A stretch of DNA of 64,000 bases, taken from Botryllus schlosseri. Its lineage: Eukaryota. The stretch is taken from the NCBI GenBank assembly GCA_051294905.1, contig CM119378.1, positions 124,001 through 188,000 on the forward strand, written 5' to 3'. Below are positions 39,430 to 50,083 of the stretch, one piece after another. Every line of letters begins with the position of its first letter. Within the stretch, counting starts at the first letter, position 1. The notes beneath the pieces were generated by a model. It ran no database searches, was not told where the DNA came from, and saw nothing but the letters and a program-made list of their open reading frames with translations. Position numbers and translations under genes: made by a program.

Positions 39430-42400
39430 CGGTGGTTTTAGCGGGAGCTTATGATCAGTGTGCAATTGTACTCTCCGAACTTGTGATTCTTCTAGGACGC
39501 GATACTAAAACCACCTTGAACGGGTTTTAGTGGAACGTCATAACGACGTCGTCACGGCGCATTGGAGTATGAAGGACTGGCAGATGATAGTTGTCGGAGC
39601 TATTTGCCTATGACTAAAACAAAAATAATGTTTAGCAAACATCTGTTTCCATACATAACAGACTCTGATGTGCACCACTTCAATGCAAAACTGATGAATA
39701 TATCCAATATCCATATTGAATTATACCCGGGTCCCGAATAGTTTAGTTTCGGCGGACACTCGTCCGACTAGACTTCAAAAGATGTGACAGTAACCAGAAC
39801 TAACTATTTCCATTCGGAATATTCTCTTGGAGGTCCAGAACTTCAACATATAATAGACTCGTGATCTCGTATTGAAATAAACAGAATATTTTCGGCCAGC
39901 ACTCGTAGAGAATGGAAAAGAACTTTGCACATCAGCAATCGATTTCCCTTTCACGAACGACTTCGATAAGTTTGTTAAGTTCTATTTGTGAATTTGCGAA
40001 AAACTCTGCAAATCCTAAACAGCTTTTCGCCAGCCTCGGGCGCAGATCGGATGTATGACAGGATATGACGTCACCGCGGCACAGCCGAAGTCTCAGATCG
40101 TAAAAGAAAACGGTCGCTCGTGACGTAGCGCGGAAGAATTTCGCAGCAAGGCCTGTTTCGCCCTCAGGTGCGTTTTAAACGAAATCAGATTTCAAAGAGA
40201 GGCCGTTTTTAGCTATCGCGCAATGACGTCACACTGACTACAGTTTAGAATTGGCCTGGATCCTTCCCTGAATGACACTTTCAAGATATTGTTAGCAATG
40301 ATGTGCAGGTTAGTCTAGCCTGGATCGCCAAACCGATGTATTTGTATTAACGGCGTTGCTTATTCATGTCGCTATTTGAATACGCCCTCGAACGCGATGG
40401 ATATGTCGCCATTCTACCAGGAAAGCGTCTATCATCACGAAGCAGCCTAGGATCGGATTACGGCCATTGACTCACGGCCGCCCATTCAACTGCAAGGATG
40501 TCCGCATGCAACTGAAGCTCGTTTCATCTCGTCACATTCTGCCCGTCTGTGGGTAAAATGATTCGAGTATTACTTCTAATGGTTTGAGTCCGGCGGCGGA
40601 GGTTGCTTTTTTCGGGTGCCGAAATGACACGCTCCTCGCCACTAAGAGTTGACGAGAATCATGGTTTCGGCACCATTTTACGTGGTGGAGGGCTGTAAAC
40701 CTTGATTGGTTGTATCGGCGCATACGAAACGTGTCGCACAAAGCTACGAACGTTACTGTGATATCTGTGATGTCATCATCAACTAATATCATTATCGCAA
40801 AGTGCAATGAAATAGGTATGGTCAAAAAAGACTATCTTCGACAACAACAACTGGCATTATATGATTTGAAGTCGCGTAAAGGGTATTTCTTTGAAACGAA
40901 ATTCATACCGCTGCGACGTCCTAATTCGCGCTACTCGAATCTCACAGGCACTCGATTTTGCCAAGGCCTACTTGTTTGCAGTCTAATTGTAAAACCCACC
41001 AATACTAGATTGCCAATAATGGTCGACTGCCGTTCTTTTGTCTCAAGCGGCACTTATCCTTCGAAATTCGAGCCGCTATTAATTGACGGCGAGCAGTTCG
41101 TTAAAAGGCCGTGAGTGGCGCGCTACGAAGCGCAATTTTCGGGCGATCCCTAAGTAAACAGAACGTGGCGGTCTGTGACACAGCAATAAAAAATGACTGC
41201 TGAACGTGTCGCGTCATAATCAACACAAGTTCCAACTTTTACGGTGCCCATTATTCGACTCGTTGCATTTATTAGCCCGGGAATTTGCGAGTTTGACCCG
41301 CAGACGAAAACTACTACGCGAGCGATAAAATCCCAATCTGTTGGGTGCAGAGGGTTAACCATCTTTGAAGTGAAGTCAAACAAGTCCGGGATTTGTTCAG
41401 TGCGAGTCGCGACTTCCGAAATAGCGGCAGTGTTCTCCATGAACTAGCACTGGTCCAAGGTGAGCATTACAGCTCGAAGACACTCTATATAGGTACTGAA
41501 CTACAGTGTGCAACTGAATAGTGTTAGAAAAATTGAGTGTTTTCGGCTGACACTCGTCAGCAACTAGCAGAGAATTGCATCATATATTGGAGTTCTGTAC
41601 CCCAAAAATGCTCTCCAAATACTAAGATAATTGAAAAGAACATTGCATATCGATGTAAGGATTTCGGGGCGAAATTTGCTCTAAGCGAGCGTCCTTAGTT
41701 GGCTACACGTAGACGATGCCTAGTTACGTCAAACAGCGTGGTTTTTTTCAGGCGTGAACAGGCGTGCTTCGTAAAGATCATTGGTACAGCGGGCAATCGA
41801 CGACCGGTGCTTTGCTGACGTAATTATTTCCGCACCTCCTAAAATAGAACTAAACCGCCTGCGCGAGTTAGGAATTGCAACTGCATTCCGGAGTCATGTC
41901 CCAAACAAACCATATTTTCACGCGTAATTACGGATTTTACGTCCGCCAAAAAGTCGCCAAGTCAGTTCTTCTGGGAAATTCTGCATCCAAAGCTACAGTA
42001 TCGAATACTGGATGACGTCAACCGCTACATCGGCAATATTGATCATTTCCGAGTCATAATTGTGTACAGTTAAATTTCCGATATTGATTATACGCGCCCG
42101 ATTTCCTTTTGACCCAAATCCTCAGACGAGTCCTCGAAACAAGAGCGATCGCTACATGACGTCATGGTTCTGGGTGTTCTACGATACGTTTCGTTGAAGT
42201 TCTGTACCTCCAAGAAGTTCCACAAATACTCTTGAAACATTTACGAGGAAAAGTCAGACTACTGGCCCCCCAACTATCATATCAAGTCCAGTTTATCATA
42301 CATGCTATTCCATTGAATTCCAGTCAAAATCCTGGCACCTATACCAAGATACGTATCGTGTAAACCACAATTATGTGTGACGTTGTACTGCAATGTTTGA

Positions 42401-44473
42401 TGTCCAATGTCCATCAATACGGTCGGTCTGAGACCAGAATTAATGTCTTTAGAGGTAGGGTGATAAATGCATCGACACACTGTGGCAATAATAATCTTTT
42501 GTCAAGAAGTATTCGACCGAAATTGAATCAAACAAGCTATCGGAAGCTAGCCCGTGATTGTAGTTTCACGAAGACGACGGTATTCAAATTATGGGTTGCG
42601 ATAAGCACGACACAGGACTGCTCGAGTGCTTCAAAAATAGTCGCAATGACTGCGCTGTACCTTCAACAACGCACCGTAAATCACGACAAATCTTAACAAA
42701 GACATAAACTTGTATCTTACCAGAGGCTGAATTTGCTAATACTGCGCACAATTTCATGCGACTAGATATCTGAAGACACTCTTTTACGTACAGAACTTCA
42801 AACACTATATTCATATTGAATTAAACCCGAATATTTCGGTCGACACAGCCCGATATCTGCGACCTTTCAAGCATGCCGGTGTACAAAAGCAAGTAACCTA
42901 GTCATACTGGTAGAGCCTAAGGCTACACTGACCTATGAAAACTGAATTTCTGACAACGTCCTCTTGCACAAAAGTATAGTATGAAGCCGTGGCAAAAGCC
43001 CTGCCTGATATTATACACCTGAACTTTATAGCATCGCGCTGTATACAGTTCGAACGGACTTGAACTGGTCTTGAGCAAGGTAGCTTTCACATCTTACTTG
43101 CTGAAAGACCGAACCGCGTGCAAACCGAAGAGCTGCGAGCCTCGTGTGAGCCCGAAGCTATTTTTTCACAACAGACTCTCTCGCTTATTGTTTGTGACGC
43201 GAGAAAGATAACTCTACAAACTACCTAAGAGTAGGAGTTGAAAGTTTTTGACGGGTCCACCCACACGCAATGGAAATATGTTTTGCGTTAGACTTGCAGT
43301 TCATCAAGTCCGACTCGCCTTTGCAAAATCATAGCTCAGTATCACAGTGGCTCTTCGAAGCTGTTGCGTCGAGTCTGCGAGGCGCTTCGTCTGTCAATGG
43401 GTTAACGATAATCAGCTGATATCCTATATTTGTTTTTAAGGACTCCTCCTGTCAGCTGGGAGAGAAGAGATCATACAAGAAACAGCGGCGCTCTCCATCC
43501 CAACAAAAGAAACGCAAATGAAAGCCGTTCGAATATCACATTCCTGCGGCGACGACTCTCTTCTGTTCTCGTGCGAACGCGCGAACGCCGGCTTTGATGT
43601 AGTCACATTCAGAAATCGTTTAAAGTATTTTTTGTCGTCAACCACTTCATTTATCGAGTGAGAAGTTCAATGCTTGACTGACACGCTTATCCGACCGTTG
43701 GCTGGCGCGATCGCGACTGCGGGCGTGGACATTGACTTGCAAATCTGGATTCTGGTCAGCAAGCACAGATCCGCTTAGTTGATTCATAAAAGCGAAGCGG
43801 ATGACAACAGAGCTTTACAGACACGGAAAAGAAATGACAATACATTAGAGACCACTATCAACTGAACATCTGTGAACTGGGATGGAGACAAGGCGGGATT
43901 TTAAAGACTGCTCTCCTTGCTTATCGAACGGCGACTATCCTAATGCGGTAATGCCCCTCGAGGATGCCGAGATTGTGTATTCAGTGAATTGGTTGGCTGT
44001 TAAATTATGTTTCACGCGGACTCAGTTATCGGATTCAGTTCTAGTGCGGTGTCCACTCATTCTTATAGTGACATTGAATATAAGCATGGGCTCCCTCGTG
44101 CAGCCACAACATGTTTCTCACTATTCGTTAAATGAGACACTGTCGTTGAGTCAATTTTATGACATCACTTCCTCGTATCCTCAGCCATAAAACTGCTCTT
44201 AAACAGTGAAGCTCCCTGCGGATCAGAAAGTTTCAATGTAGTCCGCAAATTCCAGACATATCGATCTTGAGACAACAGTGATAACTTGAGTATCCATTTC
44301 TTTTCGTATAGAAATTCTCACAGACAGCCAGTCAAAGTCTTGTCATGTCCAAGACAGGCGAGCGGCCCACGCCAAATACTACTGTCTGACCACACACCAT
44401 AGCGCCACCGGGCGTTTGTCTAACGGCTGTCCAAATCACGTGAAGATGGTGTCACATGGAATATAGATAACTA

Positions 44474-44912
44474 TAGGCTTACCATACGTCCTCTTTTAAG
44501 AGGATTTGTCCTCTTTTTTGACTTTTTTGAAAGTGTCCTCGGAGGACGCCCTTTTGTCCTCTTTTTTGAGATTTTGTCCTCTTTTTTGAAAATTTTGGTC
44601 AGATTTAGAGGAAATTGCGAGTGATATGCCGCAAATTAGCACAGAAGTTAAGCTCCGGCGGGTATTTCGGAGTTAAAAACGGTGATTTTAGCTCTGAGCG
44701 AAAAGATTACCTTTTTTTTAGTCATCCACCTGGCAATGTTGAGAGAAAAACGGTATTTTGAGCTCTGAGCGGAAGTGATGACTTTTTTTTTAGTCAACCG
44801 ATCACGAAGTGGGAAAAATTTACCGGTTTTTGAGAATTCTTCTCCGGTTTTGCATGTCTGAACTTTATGAAAAAGTGTCCTCTTTTTAGATTTCCAAAAT
44901 ATGGTAAGCCTA
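44474..44912. mobile_element. 439-bp hAT MITE (GTCCTC family; relatives at ~14400-14558, 22738-23014, 23240-23587, 51174-51584)
   Basis: TIR TAGGCTTACCATA; perfect TSD GATAACTA (44466-44473, 44913-44920). Confidence 0.92.
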
Positions 44913-45127
44913 GATAACTAACCTACGTAGGTTATTCGTTCAGTCAACTCCAAGAGGACAAGAACTCAATGATTCTCACTAAAATGTAATAAAAACTAAC
45001 TACATGCCTCCACACAGGGCCATAACAGTCAGGGTTTAATTGTGTCTACAATATTGGTGATTGCATTATTGCTATTAATTTTCCATCCTATCTCAGTTCA
45101 CGTGATCGAATTGAATTGTAAACTAAA

Positions 45128-45387
45128 GGAGTTGGTTACTTGGATGGTTGTGCGTCCGGCTTCTCGATCGGTAGGTCGTGGGTTCGATCCCCGGCCGGGT
45201 CAGAGACCAAAGACTCGAAAACTGGTATCCGCGGCTATCCTGCTAGGCGCTCAGCGATCACGGATAGCATGGAGGAGAAAATCCGGGGGTACGACTAGAT
45301 GACCTTACTATAAGGCCGTATCGCATCTCCGTCATCAAAGCATCTCGATGGTGCATGCGAAAAAGAATACCCTATCTCTCTCTCTCT
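45128..45387 (+). mobile_element. tRNA-derived SINE with conserved-core-like body and LINE-derived (TC)n tail
   Basis: B box GGTTCGATCCC at 45181-45191, then ACCAAAGACT...TGGTA...CCTGCT.GGCGCTCAGC, GACTAGATGACCTT and a (TC)n end. Confidence 0.75.
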
Positions 45388-45841
45388 AGCGTGATGAACT
45401 TTTTGAAGTTGAAGGAAATCTTCCACATGATAGGCCTACTCTACAACAGTGCTCTTCATCCTGTGTGACGGTTCGCACTTGTGCGAATGAAATATAGTTC
45501 AGGGCGAATGACAATGATACGAATGCTGCTAATGAAAATCCGGATGAGTGCGAATGAGAATTGTCCATATTTCTCACTTTTTCTGATGTGGAATAATTCA
45601 AATATTACCCTGGCCGATATATCTGTCTGTTAATCATGAATCTCATGTAAGTATAAAATTATTCAAGAAAGTGTAAAGCAGTGATTCCCAACCGTGGCCA
45701 TCATATAACGAAGTCGTACCAACGGGTTCGCCCGTCCGAATATGTTTAATTAATATTTACGGGCCCTACAGTTTCCAAGACACCTCACTCAGCTCTACCG
45801 GTAAATCTGATTACGTGAGCAGAGAGGACAAGTAGGCCTAA

Positions 45842-46085
45842 TGTCGTGACCTTTCGAGAAAAACCCTCTTGATATACACACGGTTTTCTAGGCTTTTATT
45901 GACTAAAAGTGTAGACTAAGCTACAAAGAATAGAAACGTTTAAATACAAGTAAATCAGGAAACACATGCTACTCTCGAAACGCCTTAAACCAGAATGATC
46001 AACTAACTGAAGGACAAACAGACGAAATAATTACGAAAGGAAATGACGCAAAGATAGACACCTAGTGGATGCATAAAACACCACA
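45842..46085 (-). repeat. 3' LTR (244 bp)
   Basis: Direct repeat of 49840-50083, preceded on the element strand by the purine tract GGGGAGAT (46086-46093, PPT). Confidence 0.97.
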
Positions 46086-46123
46086 ATCTCCCCGGCCTAA
46101 AGAATTAACCCCATGTACAGCAG

Positions 46124-48118
46124 TCAAGTTCTGCGGTCGCCGTACCAGTCCGGCGTACGTCTTATTCTTGACGACCTCCTGACAGGTGGCTCTTCAGCAG
46201 ATATTTCAGAATCGTTGTCATATCCACCGATAGACGTGTCGCAAGAGTCCTTTCGAACAGCGGCTGGAGAACTAGAATGCTGATCTGAGGGTGCCCGAGC
46301 TGAACGATTCTGATCACTGAATTCTTCAGGGCTCATGTCGACCACAGGTTCGTCAAAGGAGAAATCAGACGTATTCGTGTCCTCTTTTTGTGGACAAGGG
46401 GCCAGGTCCCTGACCGATACCGTTGATTCCGTCCCGTTCCTGTGACGAATCAAGGCATATTTGGTGTTAGCATCTAGAAGTTCTACCCTGACGACTTCAG
46501 GATCACTCTTGTTGCGAACGAAGTTCCGTAGCAGCACAATGCCACCGCCCAGGAGCCAATCAGGTATCGACACACCTAACATGGATCTCCGCTCGAAGCT
46601 GAAAAATCTGTCATGAGGACAACAGTTAGTAGAGGTGCAGAGTAACGATCTTATCGAATGCAAAGCATCAGGAAGGACTTGCTCCCACAAACGTTCAGGT
46701 AATTTTTGAGTTGCTAAACGGAGTTTAATTGCTTTCCAGAGGGTTTGATTCAAACGTTCGCATTGAGCATTGCCAGTTGGATGATAGGGTGTTGATTTGC
46801 TTGTCGCAACACCTTTACGAGTCAGAAATACCGTTACGTCTTTCGATAGAAATGATGTACCTCGATCACTGTGGACGTATTCGGGGAGTCCAACAAGGGA
46901 AAACAATGAAGAGAGGCACTTGATAACAGTCGCAGAAGTCATGTCACGACACGCATAGGCGAATGGAAATCGACTATACTCGTCGATTATAACGAGTATG
47001 AAACGTTTGGGTCCCGAGACTGGACCTTTGAAATCAATGCTTATACGCTCCCAGGGTCTCGTGGCTTTGACTAGATGATTCACTTGGTTGGGTTTAAAGA
47101 AACGCGGTTTACATTCGGAACAGACAGAACAATTGGAACAGATGTTTTTGACATCCTCCATGGAAAAAGGCAGGTTTTTCGCACGAACAAAGTGATGAAG
47201 CCTACGGACTCCAGGGTGACTCAAAGCTTCATGAATCTGCTGTAACGACATTCCAGACGACGATGAAATGGAACACAGCCGAGAAAGCGCATCTGCCCCC
47301 ACATGCTCCTCACCGGGGCGATGAAAAATTTCATACTTGAACGAGCTGAGTTCTAATTTCCAAATAGATAACTTGCTGTTCTTGATTTTGCTCGGGTGAC
47401 TTTTTCGAAATATAAATGAAAGCGCCTTCTGGTCGGTGATTAAGCGAAACTTGTTTCTAATCAAAAGATATCCCCATTTTCTGACAGATTCTATAATTGC
47501 CAGCGCCTCTTTCTCTACAGCTGGATATTTCATCTCGCTTTTAGACAATGTTCGGGACATGAAAGCGACAGGTCTGCCCCGCTGGCTTAAGATAGCTCCG
47601 ATCGCGAGATCTGACGCATCACATTCCACTTGGAAAGGTTCATCGTCATAAATACAACTTAGACAGGCTCGTAATAAGTCACCTTTCAGTTTACTGATGG
47701 CTTCAAGCTGAACACCAATCAACGGAAATTCGCAATTTTGACATAGTGGTTTGATTTTACTGGAGAAAGAGGGAATCCACTTTGAATAGTATGCCAACAT
47801 TCCCATGAAGCGTTTCAAACAGCGATTATCGTTAGGAACTGGCATTTCAAGTAATGGTTTGAGATGTTCCGGATCTGGCTGAATTCGATTATGTGATATC
47901 AAATGTCCAAGTAACGAAAGTTTTGAAACAGAGAACAGACATTTATCACGATTGAGTGTTAATTCGCAATTCGTCGCAGCCAACATGAAAGCCTGAAGTC
48001 TTTCATCATGCTCTTTTTGATTTTCTCCGTAAATCGTGACGTTATCAAGATAAGCAACGGTACCTTTTAGGTCGTGTTCAGCAATGAAATTGTCAATGAA
48101 ACGCTGAAACGCAGCTAC
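46124..48118 (-). CDS. Gypsy C-terminal RT, RNase H and integrase (second part of the polyprotein)
   Basis: YLDN RT motif; RNase H CDASD...EKEALAI...TDQKAL...ADALSR; integrase HHCC (HEALSHPG...CSVC) and DDE (IDFKGP, HSDRG, CERLN). No chromodomain or env seen. Confidence 0.93.
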   Translation of the reverse strand, partial: VAAFQRFIDNFIAEHDLKGTVAYLDNVTIYGENQKEHDERLQAFMLAATNCELTLNRDKCLFSVSKLSLLGHLISHNRIQPDPEHLKPLLEMPVPNDNRCLKRFMGMLAYYSKWIPSFSSKIKPLCQNCEFPLIGVQLEAISKLKGDLLRACLSCIYDDEPFQVECDASDLAIGAILSQRGRPVAFMSRTLSKSEMKYPAVEKEALAIIESVRKWGYLLIRNKFRLITDQKALSFIFRKSHPSKIKNSKLSIWKLELSSFKYEIFHRPGEEHVGADALSRLCSISSSSGMSLQQIHEALSHPGVRRLHHFVRAKNLPFSMEDVKNICSNCSVCSECKPRFFKPNQVNHLVKATRPWERISIDFKGPVSGPKRFILVIIDEYSRFPFAYACRDMTSATVIKCLSSLFSLVGLPEYVHSDRGTSFLSKDVTVFLTRKGVATSKSTPYHPTGNAQCERLNQTLWKAIKLRLATQKLPERLWEQVLPDALHSIRSLLCTSTNCCPHDRFFSFERRSMLGVSIPDWLLGGGIVLLRNFVRNKSDPEVVRVELLDANTKYALIRHRNGTESTVSVRDLAPCPQKEDTNTSDFSFDEPVVDMSPEEFSDQNRSARAPSDQHSSSPAAVRKDSCDTSIGGYDNDSEISAEEPPVRRSSRIRRTPDWYGDRRT

Positions 48119-49814
48119 CATTGGTTATTCCGAAGGGCAAACGGCAAAATTGATACAATGATCCATCAGCTTCAAATGCAGTATATGGCCTATCGGATAC
48201 AGATAGTGGCACCTGGTGATAAGCAGACTTTAGATCAATAGTGCTATATACCGTCCCTTTCGCCACTTCATTCACTATATTCTCTATTTTTGGCAACGGG
48301 TACGCATCAAGAGGAGTAAACCTATTGATTGTTTGTGAATAATCGATTACCAACCTCTTCTTGTGCCGAAAATCTTTAGTCACCAAGACTTGAGCTCGCC
48401 AGGGAGACACGGAGTGTTCTACCACACCATCGCACAGCAGCTTCGATAACTCATTCGCAATGAATTTGCGGTCATCTGAACTATAATTTCTTGATCTGAC
48501 AGCCACGGGTCGCACTTCGGGGTCGACGAATTTGAATATTTGAGGAGGTGCAGATACTTTCGCAGCTGCAACGGCGCAATGTGAAGCATTAGAAATGACG
48601 AGATCCTTAGATGGTCCCCCAAATTCAAATACTACTTTCCCATGTTGCTTCATGAATTCTAATCCCAGGATCACATCAGCAATAAGATCTTTAACGACTC
48701 TGAATTTGACTTTGCCGTAATTGCACCCCGGTATCTCGAGTGAAGCTTCAATGCACCCGAGAACAGTTATCACGGAATTTTTCTCTGCGAGTGTGATGGG
48801 GTATTTGCGACCAAACAGGCGAAGGCCGAGGTATTTCGATAGAGATTCACTGATATAGCATTCATAAGCACCGGAATCTATCAAAGCTTCCACGTTATAT
48901 CGCGCAACGGAGACGTCGAGGCAAGAATACCGAAGAGAGTCGGGTATTCCAGCAAGTACCGAGCCAGAGACTAACGAGTTCAACGAGGCAGCAGGTTCTC
49001 CTCTGATACGCAATCTGCATACTTTCGCATAGTGTCCTCGCACGCCACAATGAAAGCATGAAGCATCTTTCGCGGGGCAGGATTTCCGTGTTCTTCCGTG
49101 AATTTCTCCGCAGAAAATGCACTTCTTCTTCAATGTATTCACGGCAGGCACATCGCTCTTGAACGCCGATAAATTGGAACCATTGGCCGATTGATCGCTG
49201 TTGACATTCAGAACAGGTTGGCTCTGCGGCTCATAGGAACTAGAAAACTTTTGCGCCTGTTCCAGAGACTCAGCTATCTTTATCGCCTTTTCAAGGGTCA
49301 AATCGTCATGTTCGAGTAAGCGCAGACGAATGGCCGATGATTGAATACCAGTAATTAACGAATCTCGTACCGCTTCTTGTCTGTGCTTGTCAGCAGTTAC
49401 AGCGTCAAACGAACAGTCACGTGCGAGCATGAGCAATTCCTGTGAGAACTCGGTGATCGATTTACCCGGGTCTTGTTTTGCAATGGCCAGCAGATGCCTA
49501 GCATAAATTACATTCTTCTTCTTTCGATACAGGGATTTGAGCACATCAATGGCCGCTGTGAAGGTGTCCAGATGTTCGAATAATGCATAGACGTCAGGAG
49601 ATACATACCCCGTAAGGATCGCCAATTTATCGAGAACCAGGGCGGGAGGATTTTCGTCGGAGTTAGAAGGAGCCTGCGTCGTCGAAGCCTCAACTGCATT
49701 GATGAAATTGTTGAGCATCTTTTCCCAGTGATTGAAGACCTTTAGCGAATCTTGAGCACTTGGAAGGATTTCAAGTATTGGCACTCGAATGTACTTCTCT
49801 TGAGAACCAGCCAT
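48093..49814 (-). CDS. Gypsy gag, protease and N-terminal RT (first part of a frameshifted polyprotein)
   Basis: Zn knuckle CFHCGVRGHYAKVC, protease LIDSGA, RT motifs SPWRAQVL, RLVIDY, IDLKSAYHQV, LPFGITN. Confidence 0.93.
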   Translation of the reverse strand: MAGSQEKYIRVPILEILPSAQDSLKVFNHWEKMLNNFINAVEASTTQAPSNSDENPPALVLDKLAILTGYVSPDVYALFEHLDTFTAAIDVLKSLYRKKKNVIYARHLLAIAKQDPGKSITEFSQELLMLARDCSFDAVTADKHRQEAVRDSLITGIQSSAIRLRLLEHDDLTLEKAIKIAESLEQAQKFSSSYEPQSQPVLNVNSDQSANGSNLSAFKSDVPAVNTLKKKCIFCGEIHGRTRKSCPAKDASCFHCGVRGHYAKVCRLRIRGEPAASLNSLVSGSVLAGIPDSLRYSCLDVSVARYNVEALIDSGAYECYISESLSKYLGLRLFGRKYPITLAEKNSVITVLGCIEASLEIPGCNYGKVKFRVVKDLIADVILGLEFMKQHGKVVFEFGGPSKDLVISNASHCAVAAAKVSAPPQIFKFVDPEVRPVAVRSRNYSSDDRKFIANELSKLLCDGVVEHSVSPWRAQVLVTKDFRHKKRLVIDYSQTINRFTPLDAYPLPKIENIVNEVAKGTVYSTIDLKSAYHQVPLSVSDRPYTAFEADGSLYQFCRLPFGITNGSCVSAFH

Positions 49815-49823
49815 GATCTCAGG

Positions 49824-49838
49824 TTTTAGTCAATAAAA
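49824..49838 (-). promoter_or_regulatory. Non-tRNA primer-binding site complementary to its own LTR (putative self-priming site)
   Basis: Element-strand TTTTATTGACTAAAA, 1 nt after the 5' LTR; exact reverse complement of 49892-49906. No TGG start. Confidence 0.75.
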
Positions 49839-49839
49839 T

Positions 49840-50083
49840 TGTCGTGACCTTTCGAGAAAAACCCTCTTGATATACACACGGTTTTCTAGGCTTTTATTGA
49901 CTAAAAGTGTAGACTAAGCTACAAAGAATAGAAACGTTTAAATACAAGTAAATCAGGAAACACATGCTACTCTCGAAACGCCTTAAACCAGAATGATCAA
50001 CTAACTGAAGGACAAACAGACGAAATAATTACGAAAGGAAATGACGCAAAGATAGACACCTAGTGGATGCATAAAACACCACA
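49840..50083 (-). repeat. 5' LTR (244 bp)
   Basis: Direct repeat of 45842-46085 with no difference seen by eye; contains AATAAA on the element strand. Confidence 0.97.

Larger units (their letters stand above)
45842..50083 (-). mobile_element. Full-length Ty3/Gypsy LTR retrotransposon, 4242 bp, recent insertion
   Basis: Two TG...CA 244-bp LTRs, 5-bp TSD CCTAA (45837-45841, 50084-50088), and domain order gag-PR-RT-RH-IN. Confidence 0.97.

Noticed and set aside
48093..48125. Programmed gag-pol ribosomal frameshift
   Set aside because: The shift is inside RT, not between gag and pol, and no slippery heptamer is present.
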